Below, piece by piece: positions 25,601 to 35,341 of a stretch of DNA of 64,000 bases. Each line of letters opens with the position of its first letter. The stretch's first letter is position 1. Position numbers and translations under genes: made by a program. Below the pieces are notes generated by a model. It searched no databases, was not told the origin of the DNA, and worked only from the letters and a program-made list of their open reading frames with translations. Source of the stretch: Phallusia mammillata (taxonomy: Eukaryota); assembly GCA_965637545.1 (NCBI GenBank), contig OZ281500.1, forward strand, positions 18,662,001 to 18,726,000, given 5' to 3'.

Positions 25601-26782
25601 CAAGGTGAAACTTTGGACAGAAATATTTATGTCAAGCCTCCAAGAGAAGCAAATTGTTCTAAGGATGTCATCTGGAAGCTTGAAAAGTGTGTTTATGGTT
25701 TAGTAGATGCATCAAAATCTTGGTACAGAAGAGTTAAACAATTTATGCTTGATCATGGTGCTAAAATCAGTATACTTGACAGAGCAATATTTTATTGGCA
25801 TGATGGTAATGTACTTCATGGATACATTTCTGTTTATGTGGATGATTTCTTATGGGCTGGTTCCAATGATTTTGAGCACACTATAGTCAAAGAAATAAGA
25901 AGAACATTTTGTGTTGGCAAAGAACAGCAAAAGTATTTCAAGTATATAGGTCTTGAAGTAGATCAGAGTCAAGACAGTGTTTCTGTAAGTCAATCCGGCT
26001 ATGTTAAAAATTTGCAGGAAATTGCAATCCCTCTGTTCCGTAAGAAACATCCTGATGATGAACTAACACCAGAGGAAAAAGAAACTTTGCGATCTAAGAT
26101 TGGACAACTACTTTGGATTGCAACTCAAACCAGACCAGATCTCAGTTTTGATGTTTGTGTTGCAGCAACTCATTACAAAAGTGCTGTTGTTGGAGATTTA
26201 ATTGCTTGCAATAAAATTATTCGAAAGGCTCAGTCGGATCATGTTACTTTAAAATATTCAAACCTTGGTGACAATTCTAAACTAAAAGTGGTTGTGTATA
26301 CTGATGCGGCCTTTGCAAATCTGTTAGATGGAGGTAGTCAAGGTGCCTATTTGGTGTTTCTTATGGGACAGAAAGGACAGTGCAATCTTTTAAGTTGGCA
26401 ATCAAAAAGAATTCGAAGAGTTGTAAGAAGCACTCTAGCTGCTGAAACATTAGCCATGTCTGATGGTCTTGAAACGGCTTTCTTTCTGACCACTTTATGG
26501 AATGAAGTCTTGTTTGGTAGTCACAAACTGCCAGGATTACCTATTGAAGCTTTTACAGATAGCTGTTCATTATGTGCTGCTTTGCACTCCTGCAAAAGTG
26601 TGTCAGATAAAAGGCTCCGGGTAGATATTGGATCTGTTAAGGAAATGATGGAACAACACAATGTTATCGTATCATGGGTGTCTTCAGAAAAACAACTGGC
26701 AGATTGCTTGACAAAGAAAACTGCATCTTCGTTAGCTTTGTCAGTAGTTTTGGATGATGGACAAATAAAAAAAGAAAAATAA
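22667..26782 (+). CDS. Gag-Pol polyprotein (Gag zinc knuckle, aspartic protease, integrase, reverse transcriptase, RNase H), 1371 aa
   Basis: Zinc knuckle CRICESTMHWAPEC (CX2CX4HX4C); protease ILDTAC; integrase HVQFGH..CEVC with MD/SDNG/CER (DDE); RT KARLVARGF, DIKTAFLQG, VYGL, YVDD; RNase H YTDAAFA, AAE, QLADCLTK. Integrase precedes RT, which is the copia order. Confidence 0.97.
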   Translation: MSKKVPPKFCDGTPYSFWKNKVEMWQLVTPVPKKEQAIVVVLEAFEGNTKAERAVSELSTEHLHHDNGMLRLFAHMDTAFKTEKVDEAYTAYTNFTQFSKQELMSMNDYVLEFEHLNHKLALHDMKLPNTILAFRLLDGANLGPNERQLALTVASDLKYETMKSALKRIFQSPKPLNNVQEESYVGSSRYAKKRINKGSFKQNPPDKTGRPTRCRICESTMHWAPECPHRNNARCVGEVAEAVTADVDQCEEVELTLATNLSSNEIFVIESSHSAILDTACTRTVCGETWFNSYCSNLAANLKGKVKVCKKRSVFKFGDGEKVISSKEAVIPAFIAGKKLSIKVCIVASQIPLLLSKASLKKASTQLDLSQDKVKMFGKPVKVHLTSSGQYCIEILPRCNNVNLSDDVLLSDTLSQDEVVKALKKLHVQFGHASEENLLKLLKNANAWKKDYATVISDVVQSCEVCAIHKRPVARPVVSLPWASDVNETVAMDLHEIEPGLWYYHMIDLFSRFSCAVIIKSKSSSVIVKNFLKYWISIFGAPKHVLSDNGREFDNQEFRDMCAKFGISVKTTPAYSPWSNGVCERHNMILTNILQKVKMESACDWDTCLAWSLSAKNSMINNNGFSPNQIVFGRNPHLPSILTDSLSALEDGYGTVESHMAALHTARKAFVTSQTSEKIRRALRKQTRQTGQIFNIGDQVYYKRDDQAKWRGPGKVLGQDGAVVFIRHGGQFIKAHVCRVQATHNTPVNHQSDIQHEPTISSPSSNCIHGDNEDSSDDEVSNLPQAHTSESTGLLVKGKNVLHKTVQFLNDKGTCCTAKVLSRAGKATGKFKNSFNVEYVTPDDLKGKMAWVNFDNVEDLCVLPENVDIIDEVYHTDVSFQVAKEEELKSWKRNGVYKTVPYKNQKCISVRWVCTTKEHEQGVKAKARLVARGFEETDRDTLDRESPTCSKDGLRVLLSIAKQQKWELKSIDIKTAFLQGETLDRNIYVKPPREANCSKDVIWKLEKCVYGLVDASKSWYRRVKQFMLDHGAKISILDRAIFYWHDGNVLHGYISVYVDDFLWAGSNDFEHTIVKEIRRTFCVGKEQQKYFKYIGLEVDQSQDSVSVSQSGYVKNLQEIAIPLFRKKHPDDELTPEEKETLRSKIGQLLWIATQTRPDLSFDVCVAATHYKSAVVGDLIACNKIIRKAQSDHVTLKYSNLGDNSKLKVVVYTDAAFANLLDGGSQGAYLVFLMGQKGQCNLLSWQSKRIRRVVRSTLAAETLAMSDGLETAFFLTTLWNEVLFGSHKLPGLPIEAFTDSCSLCAALHSCKSVSDKRLRVDIGSVKEMMEQHNVIVSWVSSEKQLADCLTKKTASSLALSVVLDDGQIKKEK

Positions 26783-26793
26783 CATAATGAGTT

Positions 26794-27038
26794 TGTTAAC
26801 TTTATTTCCCAATTAAATTTATTTATTTGGTTTATTTATGCATGACTGATTTCAATGCTTGAGTGATTTTGTACATGTGGCAACTTGTTTGACCTCACCC
26901 TCAGCATGTTTAGTTTAGTAGTTCTTGTGTTGACTTGTGTGAGCAGCTTATGTGAAATACTTGTGTATGTTTCATATTTATGTTTTTTAATAACTTGTTT
27001 ATGATTCTATTTGAATAAGATAATAAAATAACTTAGCA
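26794..27038 (+). repeat. 3' LTR
   Basis: Copy of 22408-22652 followed by TSD AGTAC (27039-27043); preceded by an A-rich purine tract. Confidence 0.95.
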
Positions 27039-27288
27039 AGTACAACAAGTGGACAGTTATACAAAAGCTTTGGATTTATAATTTGTTTGGATTCTGAAAC
27101 GTACAATACGGTGGCGGTTGAAGTCATGCATTTGATAAGTTTCAAAAACCGGAATGTATGTGCCACGAAAAGCGGCTATTAAAGACAAAACAACTGTCCG
27201 AACGACAAGCGTATCTAATACTAAAAAAACTGCATCAAACAATCGGAAAATGCAAACACTATTTATAGTTACATAATTTCTATGGGTC

Positions 27289-28661
27289 CTAAACATACTT
27301 AACTGTTTGCACAGTTTGCGTGGTTTGTACAGCTTGTACCTGACCACTAACTGTCTGCACATTTGTTACTCCAACTTTTTCTCCGCTAAAGTACGAGATT
27401 ACTCGAGTGTGTGGAGCAGCTGTAGTCTGCTTTTGTTCGTCGTTTTTAGTAGTGCAGTAGACGATCAACAGATAGATCAAGTAGAATGGAAGAATTACGA
27501 GCACGAGTGCGATTATAATCAGATAACCCGTAAGTTTCACAAGCAGGCAATGCAATCGCCACAATCTGCAAAAAAAACATGCACTTTAACAAAATTTAGG
27601 TAGACTGGACATTTGACAGAACTATATATTGTTATTGTCAGCGAAGTAATGCGTTAGAACGCTATGTTTGACTTGACATGACTTACATCACTGATAATTA
27701 TTAATCAGCATTTTTTTACTCCATTGCTTAAAATCTATAAACAATAGTCGTTTCGATAAAAACTGTTTGTACTGCTAAAAATCACGAATATAATCCAAAA
27801 TCATTTACAAAAATCACAAAAGTCCAAAGATAGTGTTGGGATTCAGCCAGTTCGCTCCGGTTCTATAGAAACGTCTCACAAAATTTTATGAGATCAGCGA
27901 ACCGGTTAGCATTACTGGTTACTGTCAATGGACTTTTTGTAATAGAACCGACTGAAAAATATGACTTTTGTAATAGAACCGGCTGACAAAAAATTTGAAC
28001 CCCACCACCGCCCTAAGATAGCCTACTATAGTTTTTACCCCGTATGTCTTATCGAAGTGGCGAGAATAGGCATTGGAATATAGCAACGTTGATTACTGGT
28101 TTTAAAGGACTTCAAGCCGAAACAGTGCAATACTTTTCAAACAATTTGTGGAAGTTCAGGTCGCGTTGGTCACGAATTTTTCGGTTAGAAAAGTCAAAAG
28201 ATTCTCTTGCCGCATCAAGTGATCGAAAAGTTATTTAACATAACGTGAATGATAGAAAGTGCCTAAAACTTTTTACATATAAGCTAGGCGAGCTGTAGCT
28301 TCCTTGGTTTGTCAGTATGTTGTGCACACGACGTTTTTTGCAACTTTTGTTGCGTTGAATTTTATTGGAAAACATTATAATGTCCGTCAAGCCAAAAAAT
28401 ACGAATTTAACGCCACACTAAAAAAAACTGTTTTCGAAATTACTTATTTACCAAGTGTGCACATGACGTGTAGTTATCGACTTACTCTTTTGGCAGATTT
28501 TACCGATTCAGTCTGTATTAGGTTTTAGTGGAATGTAATTTAATTTCGGTTTTATTCAAATTCCTGTGAGATTGTGCAAACATAGCCTTGGCGTTGCCAC
28601 TTTTGTGTTTACCTTCATCGTCGTCTTTGTAGTAGTATTTTGTAGTACTATAGTACGGCAT
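27289..28661 (-). pseudogene. Array A copy A7 (paralog of A3/A8), frameshifted
   Basis: Exon 28661-28613 (MPYYSTTKYYYKDDDE, phase 1) spliced to 27565 reads DCGDCIACL*. Exon 2 is 1 nt short relative to A3/A8 near 27550. The downstream frame (LVKLTGYLIIIALV...VKYV) is otherwise intact. Confidence 0.7.
27831..28010. mobile_element. Diverged hAT-type MITE in the A7 intron
   Basis: Ends TAGTGTTGGGATTCA...TGAACCCCACCACCG; degenerate TSD TCCAAAGA/CCCTAAGA. A related terminus begins at ~63973. Confidence 0.55.
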
Positions 28662-31587
28662 TGTAATCTTGCTATTTCGTATTCTTTTGTTGAAGAGTTG
28701 TTGCAAAATGTAAACTTGGCTGCACAGCTAGCCCTATTGTGATCTTCTCTAAGAGAGATTAGAGTTATGTTACAATAAATTGCAATTAATAATTTGTAAT
28801 GTTAAACCAAGACGAAAATAAATGTGAAACGTAAAATTATACAAACTGATTCGAAACCTGTACATTTGCCATTCTTTATTTATCTAGATATTACATCTCA
28901 TTGAAACATGATGTACATAAACCGCAGAATTTGTTGCTTTTCGTAATTCATGCAAACAACTGCCTACGTGATTATGAATGTCTGTTGTTTACATTGTATT
29001 AGCTGTTTATTGGATTGTATTTTATATATTTCTGCTTCCTATGATGTTGAAAAATGTACCTTGTATCGGCTAAAACTTGATTCTTGAATTGTTCAATCTG
29101 CACCTTCTGATCTAGACCTCTGCTCTTCTTAGCCCTTACTGCACACACACTAAGTGACTGGTTTAAGTGGTTCTTCATGTTTGTCGCATAAATTGCAAGT
29201 GTGCAAACAAATTAGCCATTCAACTTTTTCGTGTAAGCCACTTTCAGTTTACTGGTATTTGGTTTATTTGTTGGTTTAAGGTTAAAGGAACAAAAACTGA
29301 CACAAAGGTTTTGACTGTGTTGTGTGATTTGAAGGATTGTCGCTCGTTTTGCCAGAGTTCTTTTATGAGGTAAAGTTGCAAATTACCATGACGTAGGTTT
29401 TAGTTGTAATTTGTACCATAAGTAAATAACTCATTCTTGTCTCATTCAAGTTTAGGCCTAATTGCGCGCTCTTTGTTTTTGAGCAAAGGTCAAAAAGTTC
29501 TGCGTTAATTTTTAGGAGGTAAAGTCTACTGCGAACGTACTCGAAATATGTTGGTCAGGTGTTTAATTACATTGAAATACAAAAACCGAACGGTAGGTTC
29601 AGCATGGTACCGAAATGTTTGTGACAAAATCAACTGAATGAATGGGGTGGAAACAAAACTGTCACCACTGTAAACAAAACTATACCAAACATGTTACCTA
29701 CAGATGGAAACAAGACATCTGATTCAAATGGATCTAAAACTAGTTTAGTCTTTCTGGTATAGTTCTGGAATAAGTTGCAATATATTTCAAGTAGCCAAAA
29801 AACCTTAACAAAATAAAAATGTTTCAAAATGCTGGTTGTTTTGTCTTCCAGAGGTTTTTTCTGGGTTACCCCTTTGCAGATTTCAAAGATAATACAGAAT
29901 TTACAAGACCTGCTCTTTCAAACCTGGGATTTTTTTTGCGTATTTAGCAAGACCTGCTCTTTCAAATTTACATACAGATCTTCTCGTTATCATTTATAAA
30001 AGGCTCATCTTACTGAAAACAAGGAGCTCGGTAACTTTTGTGACCAAAGTGCAAATAAGCTTACATAAAACGCCTTTAGACTTTGCAAAGATTTGAGGCT
30101 ACTTTGGAATCAGACTGGATAAAACTTATTATTTTCGTTTCTCTGTAAGTACCTACAGGTTTGAGGCAGAAATTTACAATATATACAAAATCTACAAATA
30201 AAGTCGTTTCGATATAGAGTGTTTGTAATGCTAAAAATCAAGAATTTTTTAATCCAAAACCATAAAAAGATCAAGAAGCCTGAAGATTGTATAGTTTTAA
30301 ACCCTTGTCTTTTTAAAGTTGTGGAGAATGGGCAGTGAGTTGAAATTTTTTTTGCAGTCAGATATAACAAAGTTAATTACTTGTTGTATAAGAAGATACA
30401 CCGAAACTGGGCAATATTTGCCAACAATGTTGAAGTAAGCTAACTGTAAATCCGTTCAAGTTGCTAAAGGAGTTTGAGGTAAACAACTTGCATACCCCAG
30501 ACTATTTTAGTGATTTGAATTCCACTTTTCGGTACGACCCAAAATGTTAGATTAAAAGTCAATGACTCTTCTGCGGCAACAAGTGGTTGAAAAATTATTT
30601 AACAAGACGTGAACGACAGTAAGTGCCTGATTAATACATACAAGCAAGGCGAGCTATAGGTTCCTTGGTTTGTAAGTTAGTTTTGTACACGATGTTTTTT
30701 GCAATTTATGAGGCCAAACGAATTTATCTCATATTTAACACTTGTCCTCGCATTTTAACCCTTATTAACAGATGAGCAGTTATAATTTAAAATTACAGTT
30801 TTCATAAAACGGCGAAATTCCCTTACGAAACAGAAACAGTTTGAAGTGACAGGGGACCATAAAAAACAATAGAACTATACAAGTATTTAGCAAAAAGTTT
30901 TTACCAAAAAAATAGGACATTAAAGCTTGAATTAAAAGTCTTGACATGTCGATTACGCTTTGATTTGTTTCGTTTTTTTTTCACACAATAACACTTAGGT
31001 TGATGTAATTTGCTTCAAGGTTGAGATTTTACTTTCATTAACTTGGGGCAATTTTTGTGTCCTTTTTTCTGCTTTTCTCTTGGTCAGTAAATGACACTCG
31101 TAAATAAGATACTGTGTCATCGCTGCGGTTTTCTTTTGCTTTAGAATGGACTTTCGGTTAGCAAAGTATGATAGCGTTTAATTTCGTTAGCTTGCAATTC
31201 CTTTACTGCAAAGATTTTGTATTTAGTAAACTTGGACAGATTTGCTGTATCGTGCTCCTGACAGTGCTTTTTTCAACCGTTTTATTTAACACGCAAAAAG
31301 CGTAATTACTAAAATTGACAAAAGTCAAACACACAAAAAAAACGACAACATATCTTCAATTAAACCAATGGATGAGAATAAAAACAACAAGTGGACAGTT
31401 ACTTTTATAGCTTGAATTCTTGAACGTACAATATGGTAAATCATGCATCTGATAAGTATTGAAAACGGGATATTTTGTGTGCCACAAACAAACACGCATA
31501 ATCAGCATGTAATGTGTGCACGAATGATTTGACAAAAAAGGTCTTTTAAAGACATCACAACTGCACGAACAAGTGTATGTACAAGCG

Positions 31588-32018
31588 CAGGGGTCACCAA
31601 ACTTTTTTTCACTGCGGGCCGGATAAGTTTTACAATAATTCGCGCGGGCCGGATAGTTTACATGCCCTAGCGCCGTCTTTCCGAACTTAGCCTGCAAGGC
31701 GATTTTGATAGGGGCGCCAGGATATGGTCTTTCTATAATCCCATTAAAAATCTGGTGATGCGACTATTAAATTGTAAAGTTAGTCTCATCTTACAAGCAA
31801 TGCTTAGATATTACGTCACAAGTGACTAAAGAAAGCAATTGTTTGCGCACAATTAACACTTGTAGTCTTGTTTGTGACGTAACAAACTGGCTTTGGGTCA
31901 ATCCTGAGCGTTATAATCCCATAAAACAAGGTAAGTTATCAATGCGATTTGACAAACCAAAAAATGTGGTCGCGGGCCGGATGAAATGACCTCGCGGGCC
32001 GTAGTTTGGTGACCCCTG
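31588..32018. mobile_element. hAT-type MITE in the 3' flank/UTR of A8
   Basis: TIRs CAGGGGTCACCAAAC...GTTTGGTGACCCCTG with subterminal GCGGGCCG; absent from the paralogous A7 flank (~27205); TSD only partial (AAGCG). Confidence 0.85.
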
Positions 32019-32101
32019 AAAGCGTGACGAATCCAAAAAGTACTTCACACAAGTGAAAAAAATGCAAAACACGATTGGTATGTACATAATTTATTTAGGT
32101 C

Positions 32102-32943
32102 CTAAACATACTGTACTGTGTGCACGGTTTGTACAGTTTCTACCTGGCCACTGACCGTCTTCACATCTGTTGCTTGCTCTCCTCCCCTAAAGTACAAGAT
32201 AACTCTTGTATGGGGAGCAACTGTAGTCTGCTGTTGTTCGTCGTCCTTAGTGCAGCAGACGATCAACAGATATATCAGGTAGAATGGAAGTATAACAAGC
32301 CCGATTGCGATTATAAGTAGATAACCCGTGAGTTTCAGAAGCATGCACGTGCAATCGACGCAATCTGCGAAAATCATGCATTTTAACAATAATTAGCTAG
32401 GCTGGACATTTGGCAGAACTATATATTGTTATTGTCAGCGTAGTAATGGGTTTGAACGCTATGCTTGCCTTGCCATGCCTTACTTCACTGATGATCAACA
32501 CTCTTGATTTTTTTATTTCTCTTATTTTTAATGAAAGGTTGATTCAAACCGGTAGCCCCAAAAGTGTGCAAATGTTAAAAAATAACCTTGGCGCTTTAAT
32601 GAAGATACATGTAAAATATTACTTAGGTCACAATTCGAACATATCACAAAAACAATGCGAACACCATGAAAGCATCAAGCCAATGTAGGAATTTAACACC
32701 ACACTTGCCAAAGTACATTTTTCGTAATTACTTAATTACCCAAGTGTGGAAATTACGTGGTTTCTATTCATAACGATTTATTCTTTGGGCAGATTTCATC
32801 CATTTAGGCTATCTTAAGTTTAAGTGGAATGTAAATTTAGTTTCGGTTTTATTCAAATTTCAGTGAGATTGTGCAAACATGGTCTTGGTGTTGCTGCTAT
32901 TTTTGTGTTTACCGTCACTGTCGTCGCGGTAGTAGTACGGCAT
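32102..32943 (-). CDS. Array A gene A8 (paralog of A3/A7)
   Basis: Exon 32943-32913 (MPYYYRDDSD) plus exon 32364-32102 (TTTCGCAG): DCVDCTCMLLKLTGYLLIIAIGLVILPFYLIYLLIVCC...APHTRVILYFRG...TVSGQVETVQTVHTVQYV. Confidence 0.85.
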
Positions 32944-34767
32944 TGTAATCTTGTTATTTCGTATTCTTTTCTTGAAGAGAAGATCAAAAACGTATATTTT
33001 GCTGCACGGCTAATTCTTTTGTGATCTGGTGTAAAGAGAGATTAGAATCAAATAACAACAGATTTCAACTAAAAAATTGTGATGTAAAATAACGACGAAA
33101 CTCATCGTGAAACATCAAATTGTAAAAGTTTTACAAACTAACCCAAAACCTGTAAATCTCCCTTTAATCTTTATTTATATAAAGTGGCCATGTTGACAGA
33201 ACATAACCTTTCGAAACGTGAAAGTTTTGGTTACCTACACCAGTAATTCGGCCTTTTTTAACTAGACACTACGTCTCATTCAAACATGATGCAAAAGATT
33301 TGTAAGTGGGGTAAACAATTGTCTAAGTGATTAAATGTCTGTTGTTTACATTGTATTAGCTGTTGCTTATATTTCTGCATTCTTTGATGTTAAAAGTATA
33401 CCTTATATCGGCTAAAACTGTTTTCTTCAATTGTGTAATCTGCACCTCTTGATCTGGACTCCTGCTCTTTTTTGCCCTTACTGCACAGTTAAGCACTGTT
33501 TGGGAAAGCAATTCCTCATTTTTGTCGTATCAATGAGCTAATCAAAGTTAACGTGTAAACTCAGTTTTGCACTCAGTTTATTGGTATTGCATTTGTCGGT
33601 TGGGTTGATAGCAGTTAAAAGCACCAAAGTTTCACTGACACAAAGGGTGACTTTGTTATGTGGTTTGATGGATTGTCGCTCATTTTGCAGACAGTTGTAA
33701 ATTTGTTGTTAAAATCTGGTTGCGCGCTCTATGTACTTAAAGTCAAAAATTCTTCGTTAATGTTTATGGTGTAAAGTTTACTGCCAACTTGCTCTATCTA
33801 TGTTTGTCGAGTGTTTTATTACATTGACACAAAAAACCCGAAAGGTAGGTTCGGCATGGCACCAAAATGTTTGTGAAACAACCAAAAAAAACATACTAAA
33901 TGAAGCAATGGAGAAAATTTTACCGACTTTTACCAACGTGAACAAAACTACCAAATTCTGCACTAAAATTAATCAGGACCCCTTCTTTTAGTATTCTTAG
34001 CCCCTACTACACAGTTAGGCACTGGTCGGTTTGGCTTCCCATTTTTGTCGCATTAGTAGTAAGTGTGCAAACAAAAGTGGCGTTTTAAAGTCTATCTGTA
34101 AACCCAGTTTGACTTTCAGTTTACTTGTATTGCATTCATTAAATTCTGTTAAGAACACAGAAGTTTTACTGACACAAGGGGTTGAACTTTGTGTCGCTCG
34201 TAGGATTGTCGCTCGTTTATTGGCATTGGTTGTATAAGGTAAAATCATAAATAACGTCTGGTAGGTTGGCCTGACTTGTGGCATAAGGAAATGAAATGTT
34301 TCTTGTGTCAAAATTGATTTGATACATATTTAAGCACAAGAGTCATCTATGTGGGTGAATTATCTAGATATTTTAAAGTGGAAATCTTCAAGGCAAGTTT
34401 AGCATTGCACCGAATCACTCATGACAAAAGAATAAATGATGAAACACAATATTTTTTAAGATAAGATGAACATAAATTCATTACTGGGATCAGCCCTGAA
34501 GCGTCTATGCAGACCAGCGATCACGGCACACTCATATATAGAAATCACAGTACGCCAGGCCCATTGACAATATTTTTTATTTACAATAAACTAAACGCAC
34601 GATTTTCTGAGCTGTAAGATCACACAAGTTTGACACGGAAATTCACAATATATTTAAACATAAAGTCATTTTAACATAGAATGTACATAGTGCTTTAAAA
34701 CAAACACAAATTAATCCAAATCTAACAAAAAACACTAAAAAAGCCACAGGATAGTAAGTTCTCTGCT

Positions 34768-35341
34768 CTAACGTTCCACTCGCGTCATTCGGACTCTCTG
34801 GCTCACTGTGGCCACTCCGTTATGTACTTCAACTTCTCGTGATACTGAGAAGAGATGAAGTACCTGGCTTGGAGCGCTAACCACGGATTGAACAGCTGAC
34901 GGTTGCTCAACGTCATCGTCGTCATCATCGTCTCCACACATACAGCGCCAACAACCTTTGAGGATCTGATAGATGAGATAGAATGGACAAAGGACTATGC
35001 CCAATGGGATGCCGATAAAGATACACAAAATCCAGCCGCAACAAGATATCTCTGGTGAAAAATATAACTTAGTATTGTTAATTAGAAACCTTTTATTTAT
35101 CTTTTCGTCTGTGGAGGTAACTGTGATCTTAATTTTTGGTTGTTGCTAGTTTTGTTACGTCTATATTACTGCAAAATGCCAAGCTGATGTATTTAGTGCT
35201 CAACCTCTACAAGCATAATATGGATCTGTTTTTAACAACAATAGCAATAACACAATACATTTGATAGCACTGAAATGGCAATAATCAAAACTCTTCTGTT
35301 ACCAGTGAGCATTTACCTGTATCTTCGTCGGAAGACGGCAT
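34768..35341 (-). CDS. Array A gene A9 (beta-hairpin-tail member)
   Basis: Exon 35341-35317 (MPSSDEDT) plus exon 35051-34768 (TTTCACCAG): EISCCGWILCIFIGIPLGIVLCPFYLIYQILKGCWRCMC...QVLHLFSVSREVEVHNGVATVSQRVRMTRVER. Confidence 0.85.

Larger units (their letters stand above)
22408..27038 (+). mobile_element. Full-length Ty1/copia LTR retrotransposon, GalEa-like
   Basis: 245-bp LTRs (22408-22652 and 26794-27038; TG...CA; no differences seen by eye); 5-bp TSD AGTAC; tRNA-iMet-type PBS TGGTAGCAAGAGGATG; single gag-pol ORF in copia order. Confidence 0.95.

Noticed and set aside
23213-26050. Short antisense and alternative-frame ORFs inside the retrotransposon
   Set aside because: Shadow ORFs of gag-pol with no independent features.
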